Counted from the stretch's first letter, positions 1 to 10,947 are shown. The stretch is 64,000 nt of DNA from Rebecca billardiae RCC1528 (GCA_965240325.2 OZ251249.1:1025460-1089459), one strand, 5' to 3'. The notes: generated from the sequence alone by a model not told the origin. Translations and numbers: made by a program.

Positions 1-1274
1 CACAGGAGCACGCACTGATGCGTATGGAACCATCCCATCACGATCGCCCCGACCTGGCGCGCCCTATCTGGCCCGTCAGGCTGCCCGCGCCGCCGCCGCC
101 GCGCCACGCCGCCGCCACAGGCGCCGCCGCATCGCGGGCACGTGGGTAAGTCTGTATTCAACAAATACAGAATTTCCGGTGCGGCCCTCTTTTGGGCGGC
201 AAGGTCGATCTGGTCGACACCTGCCGCGCGGCATGGGCCACGGCGCGGCGAGGTGGCGGCTGGCGCACCGCGGCGCGGGCGGGATGGCTCGAGGACACCA
301 CCGCCCCGCCTCCCACGCCGCGCCGAGCGCGTGCGCCGTGCTCTCGTCGCGTACCGAATTTCCTGCGGCGAGCGACGCCACACAGCGCGACCATGCCATC
401 GCGCGACGAGGTGCGTTCAGCTCAGCGATTTGTCGTATTTGTTGAATACATGCGGGTACGAATCGGACGCACGACGCCCTCGACGCACACGTCGAGAGCC
501 ACGCGCGCGGCGTGGACTGGCACGCGACGCGGAGATGGCGGGCGCGGTGCCGCGGGCGCGCGACTGGTCTAGAACAGCACAATGAAGCGTGGGACGGCGC
601 CGCGCGCGTGGGCTCGCTGCCGTCTCCTCGCAGTCGAATATTTCTGTGCACCCTCCTACCAGGTCAGTCGACCGACTTGCACGCGGCATGCGAGCACTGC
701 GTGCGGGGAGGAGTGTGACATGGCAGGCTGTGGCGAGGTGGATGGCCGTGCAGGAGTATGCTAGGAAGGGCCGCTCCCGCGCTCGCGCGGTGCCTCGCGC
801 ACGCCTCGTCGAGGACGAGCGTGTTTGAATGGCTCCGGGGAGGCCTGAGACTTCGCTTGTTCACAGCAGCGCGCGACAGGTGCACACAACGAAGGTGACG
901 ACCAGGCACTCCGGCGAGGGCGGCTGTGCTGGCAGCAGACTGCATTCGGAGTAAGATGCGCCATCTTACGCGCCGCTTCGCCTCGCTGCATCGCCGCACT
1001 GAGCAGCAGGGCTCCACGCTCACGAATGGCTCACCACGAGCTACGTGACCGGCCAGCCGCGTGCAACCCGGCGAGGCAGAGAGGGGCGGAGGGATGGGGA
1101 GGCTGGGTGGGATGTTGCAGTCCCATGCCCGGGGCACTCGCCAGGCGCCTGCGCGACCACCGTAGCGTCGTCTGTGCGCTCGTGCGGCCCGCGCGAGAAT
1201 TTCCCCGAAAATCGGCTCGTGTCGGACGCCTCGGACGGGTTACGGTAACGATAATCCCGTTTTTGTTCACTGTG
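1..1274. mobile_element. Right part of a putative CAC-terminated non-autonomous DNA element (terminus CACAGTG on the minus strand)
   Basis: There is no credible CDS here. The region ends at ...CGTTTTTGTTCACTGTG (reverse complement CACAGTGAACAAAAACG) next to an AT/TA-rich tract. It shares the short motifs TCGTTAC and GGAAATTC with the CACAGCG-starting segment at 13222. The other end is not in the window. Confidence 0.3.
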
Positions 1275-1630
1275 ATATATGTATTATATATATTGCTGAT
1301 GACGACGCGATGTATATATATATATAGCATCGTCGCCGCCATCGTCGTCATCGATCGTCAGCAGCGCGGCAGCAGGCTACCGAGTACCGCCGTACGTCAG
1401 TGACCCATGGCGCGCCGCCGGATCCGCGCGGGCCGCGCGGGTCGGCCCCGAGCCGCGACTACCGCGATACATGGTCGCGGCCGAAGCATCTCGTCGCCGC
1501 GCGGGCGGCAGCGCGCGGGGGGAGCACGCCCACGCAATGGCGCGCCGCCGCGCGCCGCCGCACACCGACCGCGCTCGGACCGGCAGCGGCCAGGCTGATG
1601 GCGCCCGGCCGGACCCGCGGCGACCCGTCG

Positions 1631-2797
1631 TCAGCCGCCGCCCGGTCCCGGCCGCACGCGCCGCGCGGCGGCGGTGCGGTCGTCGGCGGGGCGCGTCGGC
1701 GGCGCGGACAGGGCGCAGCTGCGCGTGTGGGGCGCGCGCCGCGCCCACGCGCCCCACACGCGCCACAGCGTGGAGCAGCGCGCGCGCCAGAACTTGGCGT
1801 GCGCGCCCACCGTGTCCGCGCCGCGGCCGAGCACGCGCCGCCGCGCCGCGTCGCGCGGGTGCGCGGCGGCCCACGCCGGGTCGGTGTCGCGGTCGATCTC
1901 GGTGTTGCGCCGGCTCCAGCGCGGCTCGAGCCCCTGCACGCCCGTGAGCACCCGCTCGAGGCAGCCGTTCTCCGAGCGCGCGTGGAAGCGCGCGCCGCTC
2001 GAGCCGTTGGCGCAGCCGCGCCAGCCGCGCAGCAGCGGGCCGAGCGCCGACGCGTCGGGCGTCGCCACCCAGAAGCCCGCGTTGAAGCGGTGGCGCGCGT
2101 GCGCGGGCGGCGGCTCGGCCGTCGGCGGCGGCCCCACCGCGCAGAACCCCGCGCGGCACGCCTCGAACACGCCGTCCGGGCTGGCCACGAACAGATGGTC
2201 CGCGTCCACAAACGCAACCTTGCGGAACGCGCGCCCCATCTGCCACACGTGCGCCTTGGCGAAGTGGTAGTGCTCGGGCGCGGCGCCGAAGCCGGGGACG
2301 GCGCACAGCGCGACGCTGCGCGCCGCCGCCCACGCCGCCGCGGCGGCCAGCGCGCGCGCGTGCGTCGCGAACAGCGCGTCGTGCACGAGCAGCGTGACGC
2401 CGTGCCGCGCGCCCGCGCCCTGCAGCGTGGCGATCGCGTGCTTCGTCGCGTCGAGGTAGAGCGTGGGCGCCTCGGCGCAGCTCGGGTCGGTGCGCACGCG
2501 CAGGCCGGGCGCGTCGGCGCCCGCGCGCCGCTCGCGGCACAGCGCGGAGAGCAGGAAGACGTACTGGTACGGGTCCGGCTCGGGCGCGCGCGAGAAGCAG
2601 CGCGCGCGCGGCGCGGCGGGCGCGCACGCGCGCTCGGTGATGGCGCCGAGCGGGCTGGCCGAGGCGTTGCAGAGCGGGCGGCCGTGCACGTCGCGGTGGA
2701 GCGCCGCCGGGCCCGCGCCGCGCACCCGCGCGCGCCGCGCGCCTAGGCACGCGAGCGCGGCGGCGAGCGCGAGCCGCCATCGTGCGCTCGCCGCCAT
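1631..2797 (-). CDS. Glycosyltransferase family 8-like (glycogenin-like GT-A fold), signal anchor
   Basis: The N-terminus is hydrophobic (LALAAALACL). The protein has a KVAFVDADHLF DxD motif, an FNAGFWVATP motif, HYHFAKAHVW and a C-terminal HAKFW. Single exon. Confidence 0.75.
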   Translation of the reverse strand: MAASARWRLALAAALACLGARRARVRGAGPAALHRDVHGRPLCNASASPLGAITERACAPAAPRARCFSRAPEPDPYQYVFLLSALCRERRAGADAPGLRVRTDPSCAEAPTLYLDATKHAIATLQGAGARHGVTLLVHDALFATHARALAAAAAWAAARSVALCAVPGFGAAPEHYHFAKAHVWQMGRAFRKVAFVDADHLFVASPDGVFEACRAGFCAVGPPPTAEPPPAHARHRFNAGFWVATPDASALGPLLRGWRGCANGSSGARFHARSENGCLERVLTGVQGLEPRWSRRNTEIDRDTDPAWAAAHPRDAARRRVLGRGADTVGAHAKFWRARCSTLWRVWGAWARRAPHTRSCALSAPPTRPADDRTAAARRVRPGPGGG

Positions 2798-2842
2798 CTG
2801 ACCCGGCGTTCAACGTGGTCGTCAGGTGCGCGACGGCCTTGC

Positions 2843-2890
2843 TCTCGCCTGCCTGAGCTGCGTGCGTCTCTGATTCCGAGTCAACTGTAC
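2843..2890 (-). promoter_or_regulatory. Conserved upstream motif, copy A
   Basis: The 29-bp core TCTCGCCTGCCTGAGCTGYGTGCGTCTCT is shared with 18575 and 38758. It lies about 46 bp upstream of the GT8 ATG. Confidence 0.5.
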
Positions 2891-3584
2891 CTCGTCGGCT
2901 GTCCGCCATGGCGCCGACGACCAAGCGCCTGCTCACCGGGCGCCGTGACGACGGCCGTCGGCCTCACAGCCCTCCTCCTCGCCGCCGTCGCGCTCCGCGC
3001 CCGCGCCCTCGCCCTCGCCGTGCCCCAGCAATGGGCGACAGCCTGACTTGCTATGCGCTTGTTGAAAAAGTATGGCATGCGCTCGGCGACAGGCCTTGCA
3101 CGCGCGCCAGGCGGGTTCAGCTGCATGCGCTCCCGCGCGCCCGCGGCCGCGGACTCTGCGCGTCGCCGGTCGAAGACGACGAACGCACGGCGGCCGGCAC
3201 TCCGGCCGTGACATTTGTGCGGTGTACGACTGTACGGGCCGATCCCGCTCGAAATCCCGTCATCCGCCGATCGAATTCGCCAGGCGGCGGGATGGGATTT
3301 GGTCGTCGTCGTCGTCGGCTCCGATCGAGATCTCGCTCAATCTGCCTAACAGTCGGGGCTTAGAAGATGCGCGCATCTTTGGTGCCTGGTACCAGAAAGT
3401 TACCCGCTTCGTCGGCCGTCGCCAAAGTTCGTGCCCTTCTCAAATCTTGCCCCGGCCGCGCCAACGAATAACAAGTCGAGACGAGACGGCGGCTTGCCGG
3501 TGCTTTGCACACAGCTGCTCGCGGCGGCCGTGCTGCTGCTGGCTGCTTGGGTGGCCACGCCCGGCGGGGGGCGCAGCGCACGGC

Positions 3585-6500
3585 ATGCGCAGCAGCGTCT
3601 CGGGCTCCGCGGCGGGCGGCTCGCGCGCACGCGCGGGTTCCGCCTCGGACGCGCGCCGCCCGATGGTGGCCTACCCGTCCTACACGCCGAGCGACCGCCG
3701 GCCGGCGGAGCTGCAGCCGCCCTCGCGGCGCATGCCGTCGCACGACTACATGATGCGCTACTTCCGAGGAGGGTCGGCGCGCGCGGGGGAGGACGACGGG
3801 AGCGAGGACGAGGACGGGGACGACGATGACGACGACTACGACAGCGGCGAGGAGGGCGGAGAGGAGTCCGACCCGAGCTCCGACGACGCGCCGCCCGCCG
3901 GCACGCCGCGCCGCGTCCGCTCGCCGCCGTTCGGCACGCGCGCCGGCACGCGCGCCGGCACGCGGCGCGCCTCGCGGAAGGAGGAGGACGCGGCGGAGGA
4001 GGAGGAGCGGCACCGGCTGCGCGCCAACCACCGCGAGCCCGAGCCGCGCGGCCGCGTGGCGAGTGGCGCGGGCAGCGCGCGCACAGCCAGCACCCGCACC
4101 TCTGGCGGCAGCGGCGGCGCCGGCGCGTCGCCGCCGCTCGCGGACCGGCGGGTGAGCCCGCAGATCAACGTGTCCGCGCCCACGCCCGAGCTGACCTCGA
4201 GGCTCGGCCGGCAGCGCGCCACCGCCGCGGGCGCCGCGCCGCCGCCGGGCGCGCTCGGCGCGCGGCGCGGCTCTCCGCTGTGGCCGGGCGCGCCGGGGCC
4301 CAGCTCAGCGCCCACCCAGCCAGGGCGCACCCAGCCCAACCAGACCGGCGGCGGCGGCGGCGGCGGCGGCGGCGCGAGGCTGAACGGCGCGCCGCCGCGC
4401 ATGTGCATGCCCGCGCTCACCGTCTCGACGGAGGACCAGCTCTCGCCGCTGCCCACGCCGCCGCGCGCGGGCAGCGGGCACTCGGCCGGCTCCTCAGGCG
4501 GCGCGGGCAGCGGGCGCGCCTCGCCCGCGTGCGGCCCCAGCAGTGGGCGCGGCTCGCCGCCGCAGGCGCTGATGGGCGTGCCGATGCCGACGGGCTCGCG
4601 CAACCGCGCGCACTCGGTGGTCGCGCCGCTCGCCTCGCCCCTGCCGCCGCCGGGCTGCTCGCGCAGCCCCGCCGCGGGCAGCAGCGGCGCGGGCGGCTCC
4701 TCCTCCGCCAACTCGTCGCGCCGCGGCTCGGTGCTGCCGGGCGCGGTGGCGCGCGCCGTCTCGCCCGGCGGCGGCTCGTTCAAGGGCGGCGCGCCGCACG
4801 CCGAGCGCGCGCGGCCGGCGGCGGGGCACCCGTCGTCGGGCGAGGTGGACGTGGGCGCGATGTACCGCCGCTCGCTCCTCTCGCACGAGGAGTCGTGCGC
4901 CGCGCGCCGCGCGCAGTCGGCGCGGCTGGCGCTGCCGCGCGAGTACGAGCGCTCGGCCAACGTGAACGCGATCGCGCTCTCGGCCGACGGCTCGCGGCTG
5001 GTGGCGGGCGGCGCGGACCGGTGCTGCGCGGTGTACGACGCGCTGAGCGGCAAGCTGCTGCTCGAGCTGGCGCGCGACGAGGCCGTCGACGCGGTCGACC
5101 TCGCCGCCGACGCGTCGCTGCTCGTGCTCGGCGGGCGCGACCGGCGCGCCGCCGTGTACGCGCTCGCCGACGGCGGCGCGCGCGGCTCGTCGCTGCTGTG
5201 CGAGGTCGAGCGCGAGGGGCTGGTGTGGGCGGTGGCGCTCGCGCCGGACACGTCGACGTTCGCGGTGGGCGGGCGGGACCACGCGGCGGCGGTGTACGAC
5301 GCGCGCTCGGGCGCGCTCCTCTTCGAGGCGCGGCGCGGCAACATGGTGACCTCGGTCGCCTACTCGCCCGACGGCGCGCGGCTCGCGGTGGGCGGGTACG
5401 ACAAGTGCGTGTGCGTGGTCGACGCGCTGAGCGGCAACCACGTCTTCACGATCGCGCGCGCCGAGACGGTGATGAACGTGGCGTTCCACCCGGACGGGCT
5501 GACGCTCGCCGCGGTGGGGCGCGACCACAAGGTGGCCATCATGGACGCGATCACGGGCGCGCACCTCTTCCAGATGGAGCGCAAGGGCACGGTGTACGGC
5601 CTCGCGTACAGCGCGGACGGCACCTCGCTCGCGGTCGGCGGGCGCGCGGCGATCGCGGCCGTGTTCGACGCGCAGACGGGCGAGCTGCTGGGCGAGATGG
5701 CGCGGCCGTCGGTGATCGCGTCGATGGCGTTCTCGGCGGACGGCTCGCGCCTCGCCGTCGCGGGCCACGGGCGCAAGTTTGCGGTGCTCGACACCACCAC
5801 CACCGGCCGGCTCTCCGAGGTCGATCAGGCGGGGCGCACGTGGTCGGTCGCCGCCACCGCGGACGTGTCGAGGCTCGCGGTGGGCGGCGTCGACCGCAAG
5901 GCGGAGGTGTACGACGTGGCGTCGGGCGAGGTGCTCTTCGAGCTGCGCCGCGCGGACGTGGTCACCGCCATCGCCTTCTCCGACGACGCGTCGCAGCTCG
6001 CCGTCGCCGGGCACGACAACTGCGTCGCCGTCTACTCGGCGCGCACCGGGCTGCTCGAGTTCGAGGCGGTGCGCGGGGGGCACGTCTGGGCGGTGGCGTT
6101 TGCGCGCGACGGCGGGCGGCTCGCGGCGGGCGGCGTGGACAACCGCGCGGCGGTGCTCGACGCGTCGTCGGGCGAGCTGCTGCTCGAGATCGAGCGGCCG
6201 GACGCGGTGCGCGCGCTCGCGTGGTCCGCGGACGGCGCGCACCTCGCGCTCGGCGGCTTCGACAAGACGGCCTCGGTGTACGACGCGGCGTCGGGGCTGC
6301 CGCTGTTCGAGGTGCGGCGCGGCGACGTGGTGCTCTCCGTCTGCTTCGCGGCGCACGGCGGCGCGCTCGCGATCGGCGGGGACGACCACTCGGCGGCGGT
6401 GCTGGCGATGCCCACCGGGCGCGTGCTGTACGAGGTGCGCCGCGCCGAGGCGCTCCGCTCCGTCGCCTTCTCGCACGACGGCGCCAAGCTCGCGATCGGC

Positions 6501-9494
6501 GGCGAGGACAAGACGTGCGCGGTCGTGGACGCGCGCACGGGCGCGCCGCGCTACGCGGTCACGCGCGCCGAGACGGTGATCGCCGTCGTCTTCTCGGCGG
6601 ACGACACGCGGCTGGTGCTCGGGCTGCGCGAGAAGGAGATCCAGGCGGCCGTGCTGAACGCGGCCACGGGCGAGCTGCTGTTTGAGGTCTCAAGGCTGCC
6701 GTGGGTCGTCGACCTCGCGTTCGCGACGCCGGGCGCGCCGCGGCCGCTCGCGCGCCGGCGCGAGCAGATGGGGCCCGTGTTCGACGCGGCGTCGGGCGGG
6801 CTGCTGCTCGAGGCGGTGCGGCGCACGGACGACGAGGTGCTGATGGCCGCCTTCTCCGCCGACGGCGCGTGCCTCGCCGTGCACGAGACGCACACCAAGG
6901 CGCGCAAGCCCGGCTCGGGCGCGGCGCTGCTCGCGCGCTCGGTCGGGCCGGCGGGCTCGCGCCGGCTCGACCTGACGCGGCAGGCGTCGCGGCAGGACCT
7001 GTGGCGCCACGTGTCGCGGATGATGCTCGGGCCGCAGCCGGGCGGCGCGGCCGCGGCGTCGGCGCTCGCGGCGGACACCAACCCGCGCAACGTGCACGCC
7101 GTCTCCTTCCACCTCGCGCGCATGGCCGGCACGGTCGACGCCGCGTCGATGCACACGCTCGCGGAGTCGCTCGTCGTGCGCGGCTGGCACGCGCTGCTCG
7201 AGCGCATCGTCGGGCACGACCCGCAGTCCTCGTGGCTCGCGGTGGACGAGGGCGCGTTCGAGCTCGCGCTCCGCCTCTTCGACACGCGCGCGCTCGCGCT
7301 GCTCTTTGACGCGGCGCTGCACCCCAACGCGCCGCGCCGCGTGCAGACGCGGCTCGCCGCCTCGCGCGCGCTGCTCGCGCTGCTGCGCACGGGCGGGCAC
7401 GGCTCGCTCGCCGGCCGCGTGATCGCGTGCTGCGGCTGGCAGCGCGTGGGCGAGACGCTGCGCGCGAACGGGCAGACGTCCGACGTGCTCCGCCGCCCGC
7501 TCGGCCGCATGTCCAACTCGGCCTCGCCCTTTGTCGTGTGGAGGCCCAACGTCGCGTCGCTGCCCGACGGCGCGCCCGCGGTCGCGCAGCTGATCCCGCT
7601 GCCGTGCCTCGGCTGCGCGCCGATGCTGCGCGCGCTGCTGCTGCACGGCGCGGGCGAGGACGGGCTGTGGGGCTGCGAGGCGCTCGGCTCGGTGCTCGAC
7701 GCGCTGTGGTCGCAGCACTTCATGAAGTTCCACTGGCTCACGTGCGCGCTGCTCTGCGTCGAGGTCGGCTGCTTCTGCGGCCTCTGCCTCGCGTACGCGC
7801 ACGCGGCGCAGATGGCGTCGGAGGAGGACGCGCACACGATCGCGCCCGCGGCCGCGCTCGCCGCCGCGGCGCACGGCGGGCTGGAGGCGTGGCTCTTCGG
7901 CCTCGCGCTCTTCTTCTCGGCGATCGAGGTGCGCCAGCTCACGCGCTCGCGCCGCTGGGGCCGCGCGCCGCGCAACGCCGACCTCGCCGCCGCGTCCGAG
8001 TTTGCGCCCGCGCTCGCGGCGATCGGCGCGCGCCACTCGCGCGCGCTGGCGGGCGCCGCGCGGCTCGGCTCGCGGCTCGTCTCGTGGGACGTGCTCGACT
8101 GGCTGGCGCAGCTCTCGGTGCTCTTCTCGCTCGGCTGCGCGCGCGCGCTCCCCGCCGACTCGGCCGTGATCGTGCACGCCATGACCGCCACCGCGCTCTG
8201 CCTGCTCGGCAAGACGGTGAACGCGGCGCGCGGCTTCCGCGTGCTCGCGCACCCGGTCGAGATCCTGCTGCAGTCGACGGTCGACATGCTGCCGCTGCTC
8301 TTCATCTGCCTGGCGCTCGTCTTCTTCTTCGCGCTGGGCATGCTGCTCCAGTTCTCGCCCGCGCGGCGCTCGGGCGAGCCGATGGCCGAGACCGCCGCGC
8401 AGCTCTCCGACCCGCACTGGTTCCTGCTCGGAGCGTTTGACGTCTCGATGCTGGGCGAGTGGGGGCCGGACGAGCTGAGCGCGTTTGGGCAGGCGGCGAG
8501 CGCGCCCGTCACGGCGCTGCTCTTCGTGCTGCTCGTGGTCATCGTGACGATCATCGCGCTGAACACGCTGATCGCGCTGCTCGCCGACACGTTCGAGCGC
8601 GTGCAGGACCGCTCGCGCGCCACGCGCACGCGCCAGCTCTCCGGCATGATCGTCGAGTGGAACGACATCCTGCCCGCGGCGATGGTGGCGGCGATCGAGG
8701 AGGCGAGCGTGTGGACGCACCGGCTGATGCCCGAGTCGATGCTGGCGGAGGACGGGCTCGGCGCGTCGGCGGAGGGGTGGCAGGGGCGCACCGCGCGGCT
8801 GGTCGGCGCGCTGCGCACCTCGCTCGAGCACGAGCTGCAGCACATGCGCGCCGGCCTCGAGGCCTCGCACGAGCAGACGCTCAAGGCGGAGCTCGAGCGC
8901 TCGCGCAAGGCGATGGCGGCCGAGCTCGAGCGCGCGCTGGACAAGCACGCCGCGCGCCGCGAGAAGGGCGGCGGCGGCGGCGGCTCGCCCACGGCGGGCG
9001 CGCGCGACCCGGAGCGCTCGGCCGCGCCCACGCCGCACGCCGCGCACGCGCGCTCGCGCGCCTCCGCCAGCCCGCGCGCCGGCCGCAGCCGCAAGGCCTC
9101 GCGCGCCGGCAGCCGCGCGCCCTCGGGCCGCGGCTCGCCCAACCGCGCGGGCTCGCCGCCGCACACGCCGAGGCGCGCGTCCGTGCACGCCGTCAGCACG
9201 GCCGCCGCGCTGCCGCCGCCCGTGCTCGGCGCGGCGGGCGCGGCGCCGCCGGGCGGCGCCGCCGCCGGCGCGCCGCCCCGCCGCGCGACGCTCGAGATGC
9301 CCGTCGTCGACTCGAAGGGGCGCGTGCTGCCGAGCGGCGCGGCGGCGGCGGGCGCGGGGGCGGCGGCGGCGGCCGCGCCGCCGCCGCCGCCCGCGCCCGT
9401 CGGCGGGCTGATGCTGACGAGCCAGCAGCACGGCCCGGCGCAGCCGCAGCAGCCGCGGCTGCCGCACTCGCAGCGGGAGAGCGCGGGCGCCTGA
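3585..9494 (+). CDS. WD40-repeat (about 14 blades) / TRP-like cation channel fusion protein
   Basis: ATG 3585 is in frame with ORF 3072..9494. After a disordered N-terminus come 14 clear ~41-aa repeats of the type VxAVAFSADGxxLAVGGxDxxAAVYD (~4960-6690). Six hydrophobic segments follow with TRP-like signatures (IEVRQL, WDVLDW, DMLPLLFI, pore-like MLGEW, IIALNTLIALLADTFERV), then a coiled coil. Confidence 0.85.
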   Translation: MRSSVSGSAAGGSRARAGSASDARRPMVAYPSYTPSDRRPAELQPPSRRMPSHDYMMRYFRGGSARAGEDDGSEDEDGDDDDDDYDSGEEGGEESDPSSDDAPPAGTPRRVRSPPFGTRAGTRAGTRRASRKEEDAAEEEERHRLRANHREPEPRGRVASGAGSARTASTRTSGGSGGAGASPPLADRRVSPQINVSAPTPELTSRLGRQRATAAGAAPPPGALGARRGSPLWPGAPGPSSAPTQPGRTQPNQTGGGGGGGGGARLNGAPPRMCMPALTVSTEDQLSPLPTPPRAGSGHSAGSSGGAGSGRASPACGPSSGRGSPPQALMGVPMPTGSRNRAHSVVAPLASPLPPPGCSRSPAAGSSGAGGSSSANSSRRGSVLPGAVARAVSPGGGSFKGGAPHAERARPAAGHPSSGEVDVGAMYRRSLLSHEESCAARRAQSARLALPREYERSANVNAIALSADGSRLVAGGADRCCAVYDALSGKLLLELARDEAVDAVDLAADASLLVLGGRDRRAAVYALADGGARGSSLLCEVEREGLVWAVALAPDTSTFAVGGRDHAAAVYDARSGALLFEARRGNMVTSVAYSPDGARLAVGGYDKCVCVVDALSGNHVFTIARAETVMNVAFHPDGLTLAAVGRDHKVAIMDAITGAHLFQMERKGTVYGLAYSADGTSLAVGGRAAIAAVFDAQTGELLGEMARPSVIASMAFSADGSRLAVAGHGRKFAVLDTTTTGRLSEVDQAGRTWSVAATADVSRLAVGGVDRKAEVYDVASGEVLFELRRADVVTAIAFSDDASQLAVAGHDNCVAVYSARTGLLEFEAVRGGHVWAVAFARDGGRLAAGGVDNRAAVLDASSGELLLEIERPDAVRALAWSADGAHLALGGFDKTASVYDAASGLPLFEVRRGDVVLSVCFAAHGGALAIGGDDHSAAVLAMPTGRVLYEVRRAEALRSVAFSHDGAKLAIGGEDKTCAVVDARTGAPRYAVTRAETVIAVVFSADDTRLVLGLREKEIQAAVLNAATGELLFEVSRLPWVVDLAFATPGAPRPLARRREQMGPVFDAASGGLLLEAVRRTDDEVLMAAFSADGACLAVHETHTKARKPGSGAALLARSVGPAGSRRLDLTRQASRQDLWRHVSRMMLGPQPGGAAAASALAADTNPRNVHAVSFHLARMAGTVDAASMHTLAESLVVRGWHALLERIVGHDPQSSWLAVDEGAFELALRLFDTRALALLFDAALHPNAPRRVQTRLAASRALLALLRTGGHGSLAGRVIACCGWQRVGETLRANGQTSDVLRRPLGRMSNSASPFVVWRPNVASLPDGAPAVAQLIPLPCLGCAPMLRALLLHGAGEDGLWGCEALGSVLDALWSQHFMKFHWLTCALLCVEVGCFCGLCLAYAHAAQMASEEDAHTIAPAAALAAAAHGGLEAWLFGLALFFSAIEVRQLTRSRRWGRAPRNADLAAASEFAPALAAIGARHSRALAGAARLGSRLVSWDVLDWLAQLSVLFSLGCARALPADSAVIVHAMTATALCLLGKTVNAARGFRVLAHPVEILLQSTVDMLPLLFICLALVFFFALGMLLQFSPARRSGEPMAETAAQLSDPHWFLLGAFDVSMLGEWGPDELSAFGQAASAPVTALLFVLLVVIVTIIALNTLIALLADTFERVQDRSRATRTRQLSGMIVEWNDILPAAMVAAIEEASVWTHRLMPESMLAEDGLGASAEGWQGRTARLVGALRTSLEHELQHMRAGLEASHEQTLKAELERSRKAMAAELERALDKHAARREKGGGGGGSPTAGARDPERSAAPTPHAAHARSRASASPRAGRSRKASRAGSRAPSGRGSPNRAGSPPHTPRRASVHAVSTAAALPPPVLGAAGAAPPGGAAAGAPPRRATLEMPVVDSKGRVLPSGAAAAGAGAAAAAAPPPPPAPVGGLMLTSQQHGPAQPQQPRLPHSQRESAGA

Positions 9495-9905
9495 TGGCGC
9501 GCGGGGCGGCGGGCGGCGCACGAGCGGCCGTCCGCGCGGATGGTGCCGAGCGGCCGCTGCTGCTGCTGCGCGCTGCTGCGTGCTTTCTGTCGTCATCACA
9601 GGCACAGCGCGACGCTCCGCGCGCTGCGCCCGCGCCGGACGCGCCGCGCGGTCTGGGCCCGGACCGCTAAGCTCGGCACTCAGTACTCACTCAGCAGCGG
9701 CCGCCCGTCCAGGGTCGGTCCGCCTGCCCGGGGACGGAGCCCGCCGGCCGCGCCAGCACGTCTGAGGCCGCCGCGCACGTCGTCGCCTCACATCGTCCGT
9801 CGGCTGACTGATGGCGCGGCATCTATGACTCGTTCGATGATAAACTCTCTCTCCAGTCTCTCTCTCTCTCTCTCTAAATACCTGCGCTCGTCGAACTATA
9901 TCAGA

Positions 9906-10883
9906 TATGCACGAAAGCGGCGGTTTACTACTGGCCTGTTTTATTTCTACCAGATTTCCATTTACTTATTACTATGTCACGGCGACAAACCGTTGCTCGC
10001 CAGTGGGAATCGGTGTCACGCCCCGTTGGGTGTACCTCTCACCGCCGATGGCGGCCCCCACGTGCGCGAGGAACGCGATTCCTGCACTCCTCGGTGACCG
10101 GTGAGTGCAGGAATCCAGTTGCGGCTCTCGTCCGCCTCGTCATTGTCGCACACGAGGTACACCCAACACCATGGGTCGGATCGTAGAACTCTCCGCGCGC
10201 TCGCGCCCGCGCGGCGAGGCACTGGCAGGCTTGTTCTCATCATCTTGTCCAAGACTGCAGCCTGCTAGATGCGCGAGGACGCGTGTGCACGCCTTTCCGC
10301 GCGTCATGGGTGCGCGTGGCACGCACCTTGTCGTCATCTACGCCGAGGAGGCTTAAGCAACCGGCCCACCAACCTGCCGTGACCACGTTCAAATGCAGGC
10401 GGCAAGCTGCATGCGAGCGCACGCAACGGAAACATCTCACGCTCGACAAGGAAGTGGTGGCGGACCGAGAAGAGCTGGAATCATTTGCAGTCCATCTGTT
10501 GTTCAACGATCCTGGTTCACCAGCTGACACGGGCGCGACGCAGCCAAGGCAGAGTGCTTGCAGCTTGCAGCGCGCCCGCAACTACTCGGCGGTCTGCCGC
10601 CGCGGCGCGGCGATCCGGTCACACTGCCGTGCGCTGCGAGTGACCTCTGTGTCATGGCGAAGCAAGCAGCATGTCTTGGCAACACCTTTCGCTACAGCTC
10701 AGCGCCCAAGTACGACCATGCGCCAACGACGTGCCATCACTACTCCGCAATCGCGCCGGCACCCACCACCAGCGGGCAAGCCGCAAGCCGCCATTTTACC
10801 GCGTTTTGGCGAATGTCGCCGTTGGGCTCTCGTAGAAATAAAACAGGCCTACTACCGATTTTACCCGCATCATCGCGCATGTA
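9906..10883. mobile_element. Decayed TIR DNA transposon remnant (possibly pogo/Tc1-mariner type)
   Basis: There is a perfect 18-bp inverted pair, GGCCTGTTTTATTTCTAC (9933-9950) and GTAGAAATAAAACAGGCC (10832-10849). A second pair ACGGCGACA/TGTCGCCGT and weaker outer matches are also present. An internal peptide RKHLTLDKE weakly resembles a CENP-B/psq N-terminus. Confidence 0.45.
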
Positions 10884-10914
10884 CAATCATCATCACAGTA
10901 GTCGTAGTCTGAAC

Positions 10915-10947
10915 CAAGGAGTCTTTAAAAACCCACAAGACTCCTTG
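10915..10947. mobile_element. 33-bp P-like element remnant (both termini fused), flanked by 7-bp TSD TCTGAAC
   Basis: CAAGGAGTCTTTAAAAACCCAC joined to AAGACTCCTTG matches the two TIR ends of the element at 20029-21392. TCTGAAC occurs at 10908-10914 and 10948-10954. Confidence 0.85.

Noticed and set aside
3072-3584. N-terminal extension of the 2140-aa ORF
   Set aside because: It has a non-ATG start and promoter-like composition. ATG 3585 is more plausible.
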